A DNA stretch of 64,000 nucleotides from Candidatus Bathyarchaeota archaeon. Lineage in GTDB: Archaea > Thermoproteota > Bathyarchaeia > Bathyarchaeales > Bathyarchaeaceae. The position numbers and the translations under genes are program-made. Below, one piece after another: positions 1-8,429 of this stretch. The notes beneath the pieces were generated by a model. The model was not told the DNA's origin. It searched no databases and saw nothing but the letters and a program-made list of their open reading frames with translations. The stretch spans positions 32,032 to 96,031 of the forward strand of contig JASFHP010000007.1 in assembly GCA_050123155.1 (NCBI GenBank), in the 5' to 3' direction. How positions within the stretch are numbered: the first letter of the stretch is position 1; each line of letters opens with the position of its first letter.

Positions 1-34
1 GTTGAAGCGATTAAATGGAGAATGACGAGCACCC

Positions 35-217
35 ATGCAGACCTTGAGAGATATCCGGGAGAAGCTTGCGAAGCTGGAAAGCGAGAAGGCTGAACTTCTG
101 GCGGAAGTGGAGGAACTCAGAGAAAAGGCAGAAGCAAAAGCCGCATCTCTGGAAGAGGAAGTAGCCCAACTGCGAGAAGATGCAGAATCCCTGAAAGAAA
201 TGCTTGGCACTCTCTAA
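35..217 (+). CDS. Small pure coiled-coil protein (60 aa), paralog of 17220..17402
   Basis: Heptad-like E/K/L/A-rich sequence; 39/60 residues identical to the 17220..17402 product by manual alignment. Confidence 0.8.
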   Translation: MQTLRDIREKLAKLESEKAELLAEVEELREKAEAKAASLEEEVAQLREDAESLKEMLGTL

Positions 218-419
218 CCAAAACACCATCCCAACCTCAAAAGTTCCCCCAATGTTCAAAGACAGTCCATCCAAAAATTCTACAGACGAAATCCTGACTG
301 CCGAAAATGCCCACTCATATTTGAGGAATAATAACGGCGTGTTGGTGTAATTCATGGAAAAATTTTAAAGCTCTACAATCAAGTATAGGTTGGTAGAATA
401 AAGAAGAAGGGGTAAAAAA

Positions 420-1193
420 ATGAGAAGAAAATTTTCAGTGTTGATGCTGTGCAGTCTATTGCTGATGATGACCTTTGGAACCGTCATGGCAGGAAACTAT
501 GACTACTCAATCATAGAGTATACAGGAGGCATAACACCCGCCACTGTTGATGGAGAATGGACCACTGACGATGAATGGGACGACGCGCTAACGGTCCCAA
601 TATCTGACAACGCTATTTTCAGGTATTATGCGGACATTACTATATATTCCTGTGAATTCCTTGTCGAAATTTTCAATGACAATACCACTGACGTTGAAGA
701 CTACTGGCAATTTTGCTTTGATGACGGCAATTATGGGGGTTCTGCTCCTCAGTCCCACCAATACAGGGTAGACATTGTAGGACACACGGATGTAACAATT
801 TATACGGGCGATGGATCAAGCTGGGTTGAGTCCTCGTCAGATCCTTCCGACGTCGCATTAACATGGGCTGACTCGATAAGTGCTTCTCCGCTCAATAGCA
901 CTCCCCACTGGATTCTGGAATTCACTTTCATAAAGACGACCGCGATGATACCTAGCGCACCACCAACTGGATTGAGAGTTGCATATTACGACGCAAACAC
1001 CACCACACTTGAATCGTGGGCACCAGACAGTGACGTAAATGTTCCAGACGAGTGGGGATTGATCGAAACATATTCAGGAGACGCAATACCCGAAGGCTTA
1101 ACCTTCGGAGTCATGGCTTTGCTGTCATCGATTTCTCTGCTGGCTGGTTCACACTATCTGCACAAACGCTCAAAGAAAAGAGAAACAGTTTAA
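420..1193 (+). CDS. Secreted/surface protein, DOMON/CBM9-like domain, C-terminal IPE-TM-basic anchor (PEF-CTERM-like)
   Basis: N-terminal signal peptide; acidic beta-rich body with ATVDGEWTTDDEWDDA; C-terminal IPEG + hydrophobic helix + KRSKKR. Confidence 0.8.
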   Translation: MRRKFSVLMLCSLLLMMTFGTVMAGNYDYSIIEYTGGITPATVDGEWTTDDEWDDALTVPISDNAIFRYYADITIYSCEFLVEIFNDNTTDVEDYWQFCFDDGNYGGSAPQSHQYRVDIVGHTDVTIYTGDGSSWVESSSDPSDVALTWADSISASPLNSTPHWILEFTFIKTTAMIPSAPPTGLRVAYYDANTTTLESWAPDSDVNVPDEWGLIETYSGDAIPEGLTFGVMALLSSISLLAGSHYLHKRSKKRETV

Positions 1194-1195
1194 GA

Positions 1196-1220
1196 CCGAC
1201 GATGCGCTGAAGCATCTCGG
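1196..1220 (+). terminator. Conserved 3'-UTR stem-loop with bulged C, followed by a pyrimidine/T tract
   Basis: CCGA-C-GATGC/GCATC-TCGG stem; homologous copy at 2232..2256; T run at 1235..1240. Confidence 0.55.
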
Positions 1221-1447
1221 CTTAAACTCCCACCTTTTTTGTCGGATTTTAGGCTAAAACAGTAGCTTTTTGTCGAATCGATACTGAAACAGATAGAATG
1301 GTTTTCTAGGTTATACCCGAGTTTTTCAGGAGGGCTTTTTGTTGATTCTTAAAGGCGTTTTTCCCTCTGTTTTTATGTGCACAAAAAAGCTCTTAAGCCG
1401 AACTAGACGAATATATAGCCAGCAATATAGGAGAGGCTTTAGTTAAA

Positions 1448-2224
1448 ATGAAAAGAAAACTTTCAGTATTAATGCTATGCAGTCTACTAATGATCACAAC
1501 TATTGGAACAGTCATGGCACAAGACTCAATCACCGAGTACTGGGCTACCGAATCAGCCACTTTTGATGGAGTATGGACCAGTGACATGGAATGGGTCGCT
1601 GGACCACAAATCCCAATATCTGAAGACGCTATTTTCACGTACATGCTGAGCACACCTGGCGATATGTCCGTAATGAATGCACAATTCCTCATTGAAAATT
1701 TCGCTGACACAACCGACGACGCAGGAGATTACGTCCAAATTTGCTTCCAGTATGACAACTCTGGTGGCTCTGCTCCACAATCGGGCTGTGGCAGAATCGA
1801 CGTAATCGGACAAACAGACGTAGTCGCCTATGTAGGGGACGGATCAGCTTGGGTCGTAAATGAAGATGATCCTATAGAGTGGGCAGCTTCAATCAGCGAA
1901 TCTTACCTCGAAAGCACACCCCACGTGATTCTAGAACTACAGTTTGACAAGATCTCAGGCTCTCTGCAACTCGGTCAGCCACCAAACGGATTACGAATTG
2001 CCGTTTACGACGAAAGCACGGACACACTTGAAGTATGGCCAGAAGGAAGTGACGCAGACGATCCAGATAGTTGGGGAGCAATTGCAGACTTTTCACAAGA
2101 ACCATATTCAACTGAACCAATACCTGAGGGCTTAACCTTCGGAGTTATGGCTTTGCTGTCATCGATTTCTCTGCTGGCTGGTTCACACTATCTGCACAAA
2201 CGCTCAAAGAAAAGAGAACAATAG
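1448..2224 (+). CDS. Tandem paralog of 420..1193, surface protein with IPE-TM-basic anchor
   Basis: Same signal peptide pattern, ATFDGVWTSDMEW motif, near-identical C-terminal anchor. Confidence 0.8.
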   Translation: MKRKLSVLMLCSLLMITTIGTVMAQDSITEYWATESATFDGVWTSDMEWVAGPQIPISEDAIFTYMLSTPGDMSVMNAQFLIENFADTTDDAGDYVQICFQYDNSGGSAPQSGCGRIDVIGQTDVVAYVGDGSAWVVNEDDPIEWAASISESYLESTPHVILELQFDKISGSLQLGQPPNGLRIAVYDESTDTLEVWPEGSDADDPDSWGAIADFSQEPYSTEPIPEGLTFGVMALLSSISLLAGSHYLHKRSKKREQ

Positions 2225-2231
2225 TTCAAAA

Positions 2232-2256
2232 CCGACGATGCCTAGAGGTATCTCGG
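2232..2256 (+). terminator. Second copy of the bulged-C 3'-UTR stem-loop
   Basis: CCGA-C-GATGCC/GGTATC-TCGG, loop TAGA; T tract follows. Confidence 0.55.
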
Positions 2257-2572
2257 TTAAACCTCCCTTTTTTATAGGAAAACCGAAAAAGACAGCACTG
2301 TCAGGTTTCATTTCATCAATCATATTTGTAGTCTAATAGTGACCCATTGTTGAAAACAGCCTTTTCACAAATTTTTGCTAACATAAAAGCAGGTAAGCCG
2401 ACCCTATTAGGAGCCTAATAACAGTAGATTGTTGAAAAACATCTTTTTTCTGAAAATCAGCAGCACAACAGAAGATTCCTGTCTAAGGTTCACACTTTCA
2501 TTAGAGTATATTCCAATAGCGTCAACCGAAAACAGCTTTTTTCAGGAAAACCAAGAAAGAATAAAATAAAAT

Positions 2573-2650
2573 TGGTGCTCCGGCCGGGATTCGAACCCGG
2601 GTCGGCGGCTCGAGAGGCCGTCATACTTAACCGGACTATACTACCGGAGC
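2573..2650 (-). tRNA. tRNA-Glu (anticodon CTC), CCA encoded, no intron
   Basis: Reverse complement GCTCCGGTAGTATAGTCCGGTTAAGTATGACGGCCTCTCGAGCCGCCGACCCGGGTTCGAATCCCGGCCGGAGCACCA folds as a cloverleaf; T-loop GTTCGAATC; anticodon loop CTCTCGA. Confidence 0.96.
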
Positions 2651-3083
2651 CTGAACTGGTCTACTCATTTTCTTTTCAGGTATATAGCCACTTCGTTTTT
2701 GTCGCCTGCATGTGACCTACCAAAATCCGTGCAGGGTGGCTTTTAAACACATTTTACCAATTTCTATCCTTAACATGATATCTGGAGATTCATTAAACAA
2801 TTAATTTCTGTATCAAGAAAAAACCAACCATGTAAAAGTTAGAGGCTGATTTCTGTGTGAATATAGCCTTTCATGTATTCAAACCTTTAGTTCATGGCAA
2901 ACAGAATTATGTTGTGCTCTCACCGAAAAGAATGCCTGCTCTGCACGCGTAAATCCCATACCTGTAACATCTCAACAATGAGATACCCAAAATTTGAGCT
3001 TTCCTGGGTGGCGTGGCACAGACTATGGTGAGGGCACATCCCTTGTACAAATAAGATTTCTGCTACCAGCAAAAATGCAGATT

Positions 3084-3794
3084 TTACCTAAGTTTTGCGT
3101 TCGGAATTATCTCCTGTGCTGCAGCCAGAAACTTTTGCATTTCCTCATCTGTGAAAGGCTTCAGTTTCTTAAACTCGGGGTTTATGGTTTCTTTGCCGAG
3201 GCTGACATCAAACTTCTGCAAAACATATTTTCTGCACCCCACTAAGCTGCGGCATATCTGCTCTATGTCCTCTTTTTCATGTAGCCTAGGAACAACAGTG
3301 GTCCTGAATTCGTAATCCATGCTGGACCCCAACAACATTTCAACGCTTTCCTTCACGCTTTCCAACAATTTTTCTGCTTTGACACCAATTGCCTTGGAGT
3401 ATTTCTCCACGGTTAGTGGCGCCTTTACATCCATGGCTACGTAATCGATAAGCCCATTCTCCATGAGTTTCTTCAGCATAGAAGGGTTGGTTCCGTTCGA
3501 ATCCACTTTAACTAGGAACCTCATTTTCTTTAATCGGGAGCAGAGTTCAGGCAAGTCATTGTGAAGGGTTGGTTCCCCGCCTGTGATGCACACTCCATCG
3601 GTCCAGCCTCTCTGCCGCTCAAGCTGATTTTCCACATACTCAAACGGGATTGTGTCCATCTTTTCAGGATTAAAGACAAGATTCAAGTTGTGACAGAAAG
3701 GACAACGAAAGTTACAGTTTGGAAGGAAAATAACAGAGGAAATTTTGCCGTCCCAATCCACGAAACTAACATCGAGGAATCCTTTTATCTCCAT
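3084..3794 (-). CDS. nrdG: Anaerobic ribonucleoside-triphosphate reductase activating protein (NrdG-like radical SAM)
   Basis: CNFRCPFCHN CxxxCxxC motif, ITGGEPTL, KVDSNG, YVAMDVKAP, YEFRTTVVP. Confidence 0.85.
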   Translation of the reverse strand: MEIKGFLDVSFVDWDGKISSVIFLPNCNFRCPFCHNLNLVFNPEKMDTIPFEYVENQLERQRGWTDGVCITGGEPTLHNDLPELCSRLKKMRFLVKVDSNGTNPSMLKKLMENGLIDYVAMDVKAPLTVEKYSKAIGVKAEKLLESVKESVEMLLGSSMDYEFRTTVVPRLHEKEDIEQICRSLVGCRKYVLQKFDVSLGKETINPEFKKLKPFTDEEMQKFLAAAQEIIPNAKLR

Positions 3795-3956
3795 TTTGTA
3801 AACACTTTCTAACTCTCTGAGTAAATGTGCCTAGCACCTTAAGTTCTTTTATGTCAAAGAAGCCGATGGAACAAGAAGCTCCATAAAAAGGAAATCGTTA
3901 TTAAATCGCAACACCAAACCCCGAATATAACCACAAACATTCTTGAAGGTGATTTT

Positions 3957-4829
3957 ATGCAAGCATCAGCAGATACCAAAAACCGCGTACTTAACGAAGA
4001 GAACATCGTTCAGAAAAGAATGAAGAAGATCAAACATAAGATAGCAGTTATTAGCGGCAAGGGAGGAGTCGGCAAAACCGTCACCGCAGTCAACTTAGCC
4101 ATGGCTTTTGCCATGCAAGGACACGAAAACCGTGTCGGTCTTCTTGACGCTGACCTTCATGGTCCCTGCGTTCCGACGATGCTTGGCATGGAAGACGAGA
4201 AACTTAAGGTTGGACCGATAGGCGCTTTACCCGCTGTCGGTCCTCTCGGGGTGAAGGTTGTTTCTATGGCGTTTGTGCTTGCAGGCAAAGAAGTTCCGGT
4301 GATATGGCGGGGACCTCTGAAGATGAGGGCAATTCAACAGTTCTTGTCTGAGATAGCTTGGGGTGAACTTGACTTCCTGCTTATAGATTTGCCTCCTGGA
4401 ACCGGAGATGAACCCTTGAGTGTACTGAAGCTTCTTCCAGAAATGGATGGCGTTGTTATAGTAACTATCCCCTCCGAAGTCTCCCAGAACGTGGTGGGAA
4501 AAGCAATCACATTCTCTAGGCAACTGAAGGTCCCGGTGATCGGGATAGTTGAAAACATGAGCGGCTTCGTCTGCCCCGAGTGCGGCAAAGAAACACACAT
4601 CTTCAAGAGGGGAGGAGGCGAAAAAGTGGCTCAAGAATATTCTGTCCCCTTTCTGGGAAGTATACCTCTTGATCCAAGAGTCTGTGAAGCCTCAGATCTG
4701 GGGCACCCATTTGTTATGGAAAATCCTGATTCGCCTGCCTCAAAAGCCTTCATGGAAATAGTGGAAAAAATCAAGACGTACATCAAAGAAAAAGAAAGTC
4801 AGTCATCTAAAGAGACTGGCGACAAATAG
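3957..4829 (+). CDS. Mrp/NBP35 (ApbC) Fe-S cluster carrier ATPase
   Basis: SGKGGVGKT deviant Walker A, DADLHGP, WRGP, DLPPGTGD, ENMSGFVCPECG. Confidence 0.93.
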   Translation: MQASADTKNRVLNEENIVQKRMKKIKHKIAVISGKGGVGKTVTAVNLAMAFAMQGHENRVGLLDADLHGPCVPTMLGMEDEKLKVGPIGALPAVGPLGVKVVSMAFVLAGKEVPVIWRGPLKMRAIQQFLSEIAWGELDFLLIDLPPGTGDEPLSVLKLLPEMDGVVIVTIPSEVSQNVVGKAITFSRQLKVPVIGIVENMSGFVCPECGKETHIFKRGGGEKVAQEYSVPFLGSIPLDPRVCEASDLGHPFVMENPDSPASKAFMEIVEKIKTYIKEKESQSSKETGDK

Positions 4830-4847
4830 CCTCCAACTTTTGTATGC

Positions 4848-5705
4848 TTAAAATTCGATAATGTCTCCAGTGTGAAGAGGCTGGTAGCGGTCTCCGAATG
4901 CTTCAGCAATCTTTTTGACAGCTTTTTTGCCTGTGCAGTGGCACGGTCCAACGAATCCGAGGTCAAGTTTCTTTAGCTCGTTCACTGTCGCCTGAACTCT
5001 CTTATTATCGGCGCTTATGAGGTGGAAGCCCCCAAGAACCGCGTAGACCCTGCTGGTTCCTGTTATTTTTTGGGCATGCTTGATGGTGTTGATTATCCCA
5101 GCATGCGCACATCCAGCTACAACAACCAAACCCTTTCCTTCAACATCTATGACGAGGGATTGATCGTCCAGCATCACGTCATCGGCGAACCTTCCGTTGT
5201 GGACTGTCCAGAAACCTCTGACACTCTCGAAGGCTGTAATTCTGGGAACTTCTCCAGTTGTGGTAATTCCGTCAGCTATCTTCACGGGATCAGAAGCAGA
5301 AACAGGTACACCACCAACAGCTTCAACATCAGAGGCTTTGAATGGTGCGCCGATTAACCTTAGATGTGGCATTAGCGAGAGTTTCGGATCGAAAACAGTT
5401 GGATGCCCAATAACTGGAACACGTTTTTTCATCCGTTTCAGGGCTTCCAGCAAGCCGCCTGTGTGGTCGTAGTGACCATGACTAAGCGCAATTACGTCAA
5501 CATCTTCCAAATTTACGCCCATCGCATCCACATTGTGCAGCAGCGCTTCTGGTGATGCCCCCGTGTCCATCAACACAGTCACTTTGTTGTCGCCAATTTT
5601 CGCTTTTACGAAGAACGAGAGACCGTGTTTGCTTTTGAGTCTAGGCTTAGCTGGGTTTTTGGAGTCTTCAATCAGAACTGTTATCTGAACGTTCTTGACA
5701 GCCAT
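4848..5705 (-). CDS. MBL-fold metallo-hydrolase (COG1237-like)
   Basis: DTGAS, SHGHYDHTGG, GCAHAG, GGFHL, CHCTG motifs; ATG at 5705 chosen over the upstream TTG. Confidence 0.85.
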   Translation of the reverse strand: MAVKNVQITVLIEDSKNPAKPRLKSKHGLSFFVKAKIGDNKVTVLMDTGASPEALLHNVDAMGVNLEDVDVIALSHGHYDHTGGLLEALKRMKKRVPVIGHPTVFDPKLSLMPHLRLIGAPFKASDVEAVGGVPVSASDPVKIADGITTTGEVPRITAFESVRGFWTVHNGRFADDVMLDDQSLVIDVEGKGLVVVAGCAHAGIINTIKHAQKITGTSRVYAVLGGFHLISADNKRVQATVNELKKLDLGFVGPCHCTGKKAVKKIAEAFGDRYQPLHTGDIIEF

Positions 5706-5829
5706 TTTGTTTTCTACCTTGCTTTTCAATTTTAGAGTGCTTGTGCAGGTAATGTTATTTTTTGCTTCATAACTAAAGAGAGTTGTGTTTAGAAAATAAA
5801 CTGGCTAAAAAAAACTTGTGTGCACTCAT

Positions 5830-6237
5830 CTAGGGGGTGATTATAGTTGACCTGAGCTGTTTCACTCCCTTCCTTGTTGCCAGCTCTTGAGCCAGTTCTC
5901 TTATGTCTTCGGCGTCGCCTTTAACCGCAACAGCCTCAAGGCACTCTTTATCGCTTAGGTGAACATGGAGGACTGCGTTTATCACTTCCCGATGGTGATG
6001 CTGAGCGTCAATAAGATCATCTTCTAACCCTTTGACGTCATGGTCATAAACCATAACCAAAACACCAGCCTTTTTCCCCTTCTGCTTGCGAAGTACTCGC
6101 TGCTCGGTGATAAAAGACGTAACTGCGTCCTGAATAGCCTTCGATCGGCTCTCATAGCCCATCCCCTCAACCGTTTCATCCAGTTCCCTCAGTAAGTCTG
6201 GCGGAAAAGTGACGCCAACACGAACAATCTTGGTCAT
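5830..6237 (-). CDS. nikR: Nickel-responsive regulator NikR
   Basis: N-terminal ribbon-helix-helix (RVGVTFP...SRSKAIQDAV), YDH and HVHL...CLE Ni-site motif; ATG at 6237. Confidence 0.88.
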   Translation of the reverse strand: MTKIVRVGVTFPPDLLRELDETVEGMGYESRSKAIQDAVTSFITEQRVLRKQKGKKAGVLVMVYDHDVKGLEDDLIDAQHHHREVINAVLHVHLSDKECLEAVAVKGDAEDIRELAQELATRKGVKQLRSTIITP

Positions 6238-6339
6238 ATTGTTCTCCCACCTAACCGTTAGCGAACTAATCATAAAACCTTTGTCTCTTTCGAACTGTTG
6301 CACTTGCTCTTCGTTTTTTGTATACACGTTAGATTTGTG

Positions 6340-6361
6340 GAAGTAATGAGCCGATTACTTC
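6340..6361. promoter_or_regulatory. Perfect 8-6-8 inverted repeat, candidate operator in the divergent nikR / 6403 region
   Basis: GAAGTAAT-GAGCCG-ATTACTTC. Confidence 0.5.
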
Positions 6362-6402
6362 TAGAATAACCGTTTTAAATTCCAATCAAGAACTCATATC
6401 TG

Positions 6403-6744
6403 GTGGTTGAAATGGAACCTCAGAATCAACAAGACAAGAAGGACGTCGAAAAAATATCGGCACTGAACACGATATTCGAGGATTTGATTACTGACGCTTC
6501 AGACCTTGTTAAAGACCTTTTTTGGGGTGTAAAAAATTATCTTTTCTTTGGGCTTGTAACCCTTCTTTTTGGTGTACAAGAAATCCTATACAATATTGAG
6601 CTGATGCAAGAACGCCTTTATATTCCTCTGTTTATTGGGGGAGTTATGCTGTTTGCTGGGTCTGTCCAAATTCTAAATTATTTTAGGCTTAGGAGCAAAT
6701 ATTCAAGATTGTTTGAAGTTCAATCAAAACTTAAGGAATCATAG
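6403..6744 (+). CDS. Hypothetical membrane protein with 2 TM helices
   Basis: Two hydrophobic segments; followed by the 6757 gene after 12 bp. Confidence 0.7.
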   Translation: MVEMEPQNQQDKKDVEKISALNTIFEDLITDASDLVKDLFWGVKNYLFFGLVTLLFGVQEILYNIELMQERLYIPLFIGGVMLFAGSVQILNYFRLRSKYSRLFEVQSKLKES

Positions 6745-6756
6745 GATGAGTCAAGT

Positions 6757-7059
6757 TTGGCTTTTCCACGAAGAAAACCTGGCATCATTGCGTTGGAGTT
6801 ACTTAACTGTATAGACCAGAATAATGGAAAAGCTTCAAAATGGGATTTAATTAAAATTCTCGGTAACGAATCTCAATTCCGACATTGGATAACCGAATTT
6901 TTAATGAAAGACAGGTTCATCGAAGAAATTCAGGAATCTGAGCGCACTTTTTATCGCAAAACCGAAAATGGCGAATTCTTTCACAGGCTATTGAAGAATG
7001 GAAGGATAGTGCAGGCGCTGTTGCGGGTAAGTGGAAGAAGACTGCGACGAACCCGCTAA
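6757..7059 (+). CDS. Winged helix-turn-helix protein
   Basis: Helix pattern plus wing motif FYRKTENG. Confidence 0.65.
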   Translation: MAFPRRKPGIIALELLNCIDQNNGKASKWDLIKILGNESQFRHWITEFLMKDRFIEEIQESERTFYRKTENGEFFHRLLKNGRIVQALLRVSGRRLRRTR

Positions 7060-7079
7060 TCCACGAAACCGTCTAAGGC

Positions 7080-7340
7080 TTATCCGAACTTGTAGTGTTT
7101 TCTGATCTTCTTTTTTATTTCCCAAGTGCACTTGAGACCTTCAGGGAACACAACGTAGTCGCCTGCCCCAAACTCGATAGTTTCTTCAGGGGTTTTCACA
7201 ACAGCTTTCCCCTCTAATATCAGACAAGTTTCCTGCTCAAAATACTCCCAAGGAAACTCTGATTCCTCTTTCTCCCAGATTGCCCAAGACTCTGCTTCCT
7301 GCCGTTCTTTCTCAGTTGGCTTTTTAACTTTCGGCTTCAT
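7080..7340 (-). CDS. Cupin domain protein (DUF861/EutQ-like)
   Basis: WAIWEKE, ETCLILEGKAVV, FGAGDYVVFPEGLKCTWEI. Confidence 0.88.
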   Translation of the reverse strand: MKPKVKKPTEKERQEAESWAIWEKEESEFPWEYFEQETCLILEGKAVVKTPEETIEFGAGDYVVFPEGLKCTWEIKKKIRKHYKFG

Positions 7341-7371
7341 TTCCCATCACAGCTTCAGACTAAGCTTTCGC

Positions 7372-7941
7372 CTATAAACTTTTTCTGGGTGCTCCACAGA
7401 TGGGACACGAACTTGAGTTAGCAGGCATCAGAGCCCTGCAGTACTCGCAGGGTACCATCTCCACCTCTTCTTTGATTGCAACTGCTGCAGCCCTGATTAC
7501 CTGAAGCTCAATTGTGTCGCCGGTGGCGTCAGGGCGGTCGTCTACAGCCACCACTGCCTTGATGAACCATGACACATTTGCGTCTATGCCGTCAAGAGTT
7601 TCACGTCCACCTGCGGGAATGCTCACTTTCACGGGAAACTTCTTCTTGAATCCTGGCACAATATGCATTGAACCGCTTGCCTTCAAATCGTCTGAGAGAA
7701 GAGTGGCTGTATCCCAGTATAAGTGCCGCACATTACGTCGACGACGCTCATTGTAAACCCACCTTTCTCGCCTCTTTTTTTCGATGCATCGGAGCTCTGC
7801 CCTTATTTCGGTGGCATCAAATTCTTCCTTGGAGGACACCGTGATTGTTCCGTTTACGCTTGCCCCCAAAGCTATGATTCTTTTTGGAAGCTCAAGTTTG
7901 ACTGCAGTTTTTGGTTTCCTGAACCTTTTGAAGAAGCCCAA
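7372..7941 (-). CDS. Arrestin/Spo0M-like beta-sandwich protein with C-terminal zinc ribbon
   Basis: GASVNGTITV...IRAELRC and VSWFIKAVVAV strands; CEYC...CPICG at the C-terminus. Confidence 0.6.
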   Translation of the reverse strand: MGFFKRFRKPKTAVKLELPKRIIALGASVNGTITVSSKEEFDATEIRAELRCIEKKRRERWVYNERRRRNVRHLYWDTATLLSDDLKASGSMHIVPGFKKKFPVKVSIPAGGRETLDGIDANVSWFIKAVVAVDDRPDATGDTIELQVIRAAAVAIKEEVEMVPCEYCRALMPANSSSCPICGAPRKSL

Positions 7942-8081
7942 AGATTCCTATCTCCAGTTGGCTGTTATTTTGAAGATACGGTATCTATTTATGATTTGCG
8001 TGTCTCTCCTTCTGAACTGAAAATTTGGATTTTTAGGATAAAATCTGGGAAGTTTTTGAACTATTGTACGCGTGTTAGGTT

Positions 8082-8285
8082 TCATCGTTCTACAATGAAA
8101 GAGACTTTGACGTTTGCATTGTATTGCACAATCTTGTTATCTTTCACTTTGGCAGTGCATCGCTTAACATGAACTCCTTTGATGTTCTTAACTGTCTTCG
8201 CTGCCTCAGTCACAGCGTTTTGAGCTGCATCGCTCCAGCTTTTTGATGAACTGCCTATCAACTCGATAACTTTTACAACAGCCAT
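8082..8285 (-). CDS. Dodecin family protein
   Basis: KVIELIGSSSKSWSDAAQNAV...VKVSF signature. Confidence 0.9.
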   Translation of the reverse strand: MAVVKVIELIGSSSKSWSDAAQNAVTEAAKTVKNIKGVHVKRCTAKVKDNKIVQYNANVKVSFIVER

Positions 8286-8429
8286 GAAATCCACCTCCAC
8301 TAACAAGTGGTTTCATCATCACTTCAGCCTTTCGATGTAAATGCTCTCCAAAAAGCTATTGTTAATAAAATTAACGGACCCTTTTTATTGTAGCCCCAGT
8401 TAACCTTTGAAAGAAAAAGGGATTATCGG

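Noticed and set aside
11-355. 114-aa minus-strand ORF
   Set aside because: Antisense shadow of the coiled-coil gene, with no recognisable motifs
1095-2218. Near-identical repeats as DGR template/variable repeats
   Set aside because: No reverse transcriptase in the window, and the differences are not adenine-specific
2240-2650. tRNA-Glu as the attachment site of an integrated element
   Set aside because: No integrase, and no duplicated tRNA 3' end found in the window
2573-2650. A-C mismatch at the top of the anticodon stem suggesting a pseudo-tRNA
   Set aside because: All other arms and the CCA are intact; a single terminal mismatch is tolerated
8361-8375. GTTAAT-AAA-ATTAAC inverted repeat
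   Set aside because: Short AT-rich palindrome in a promoter region, likely by chance
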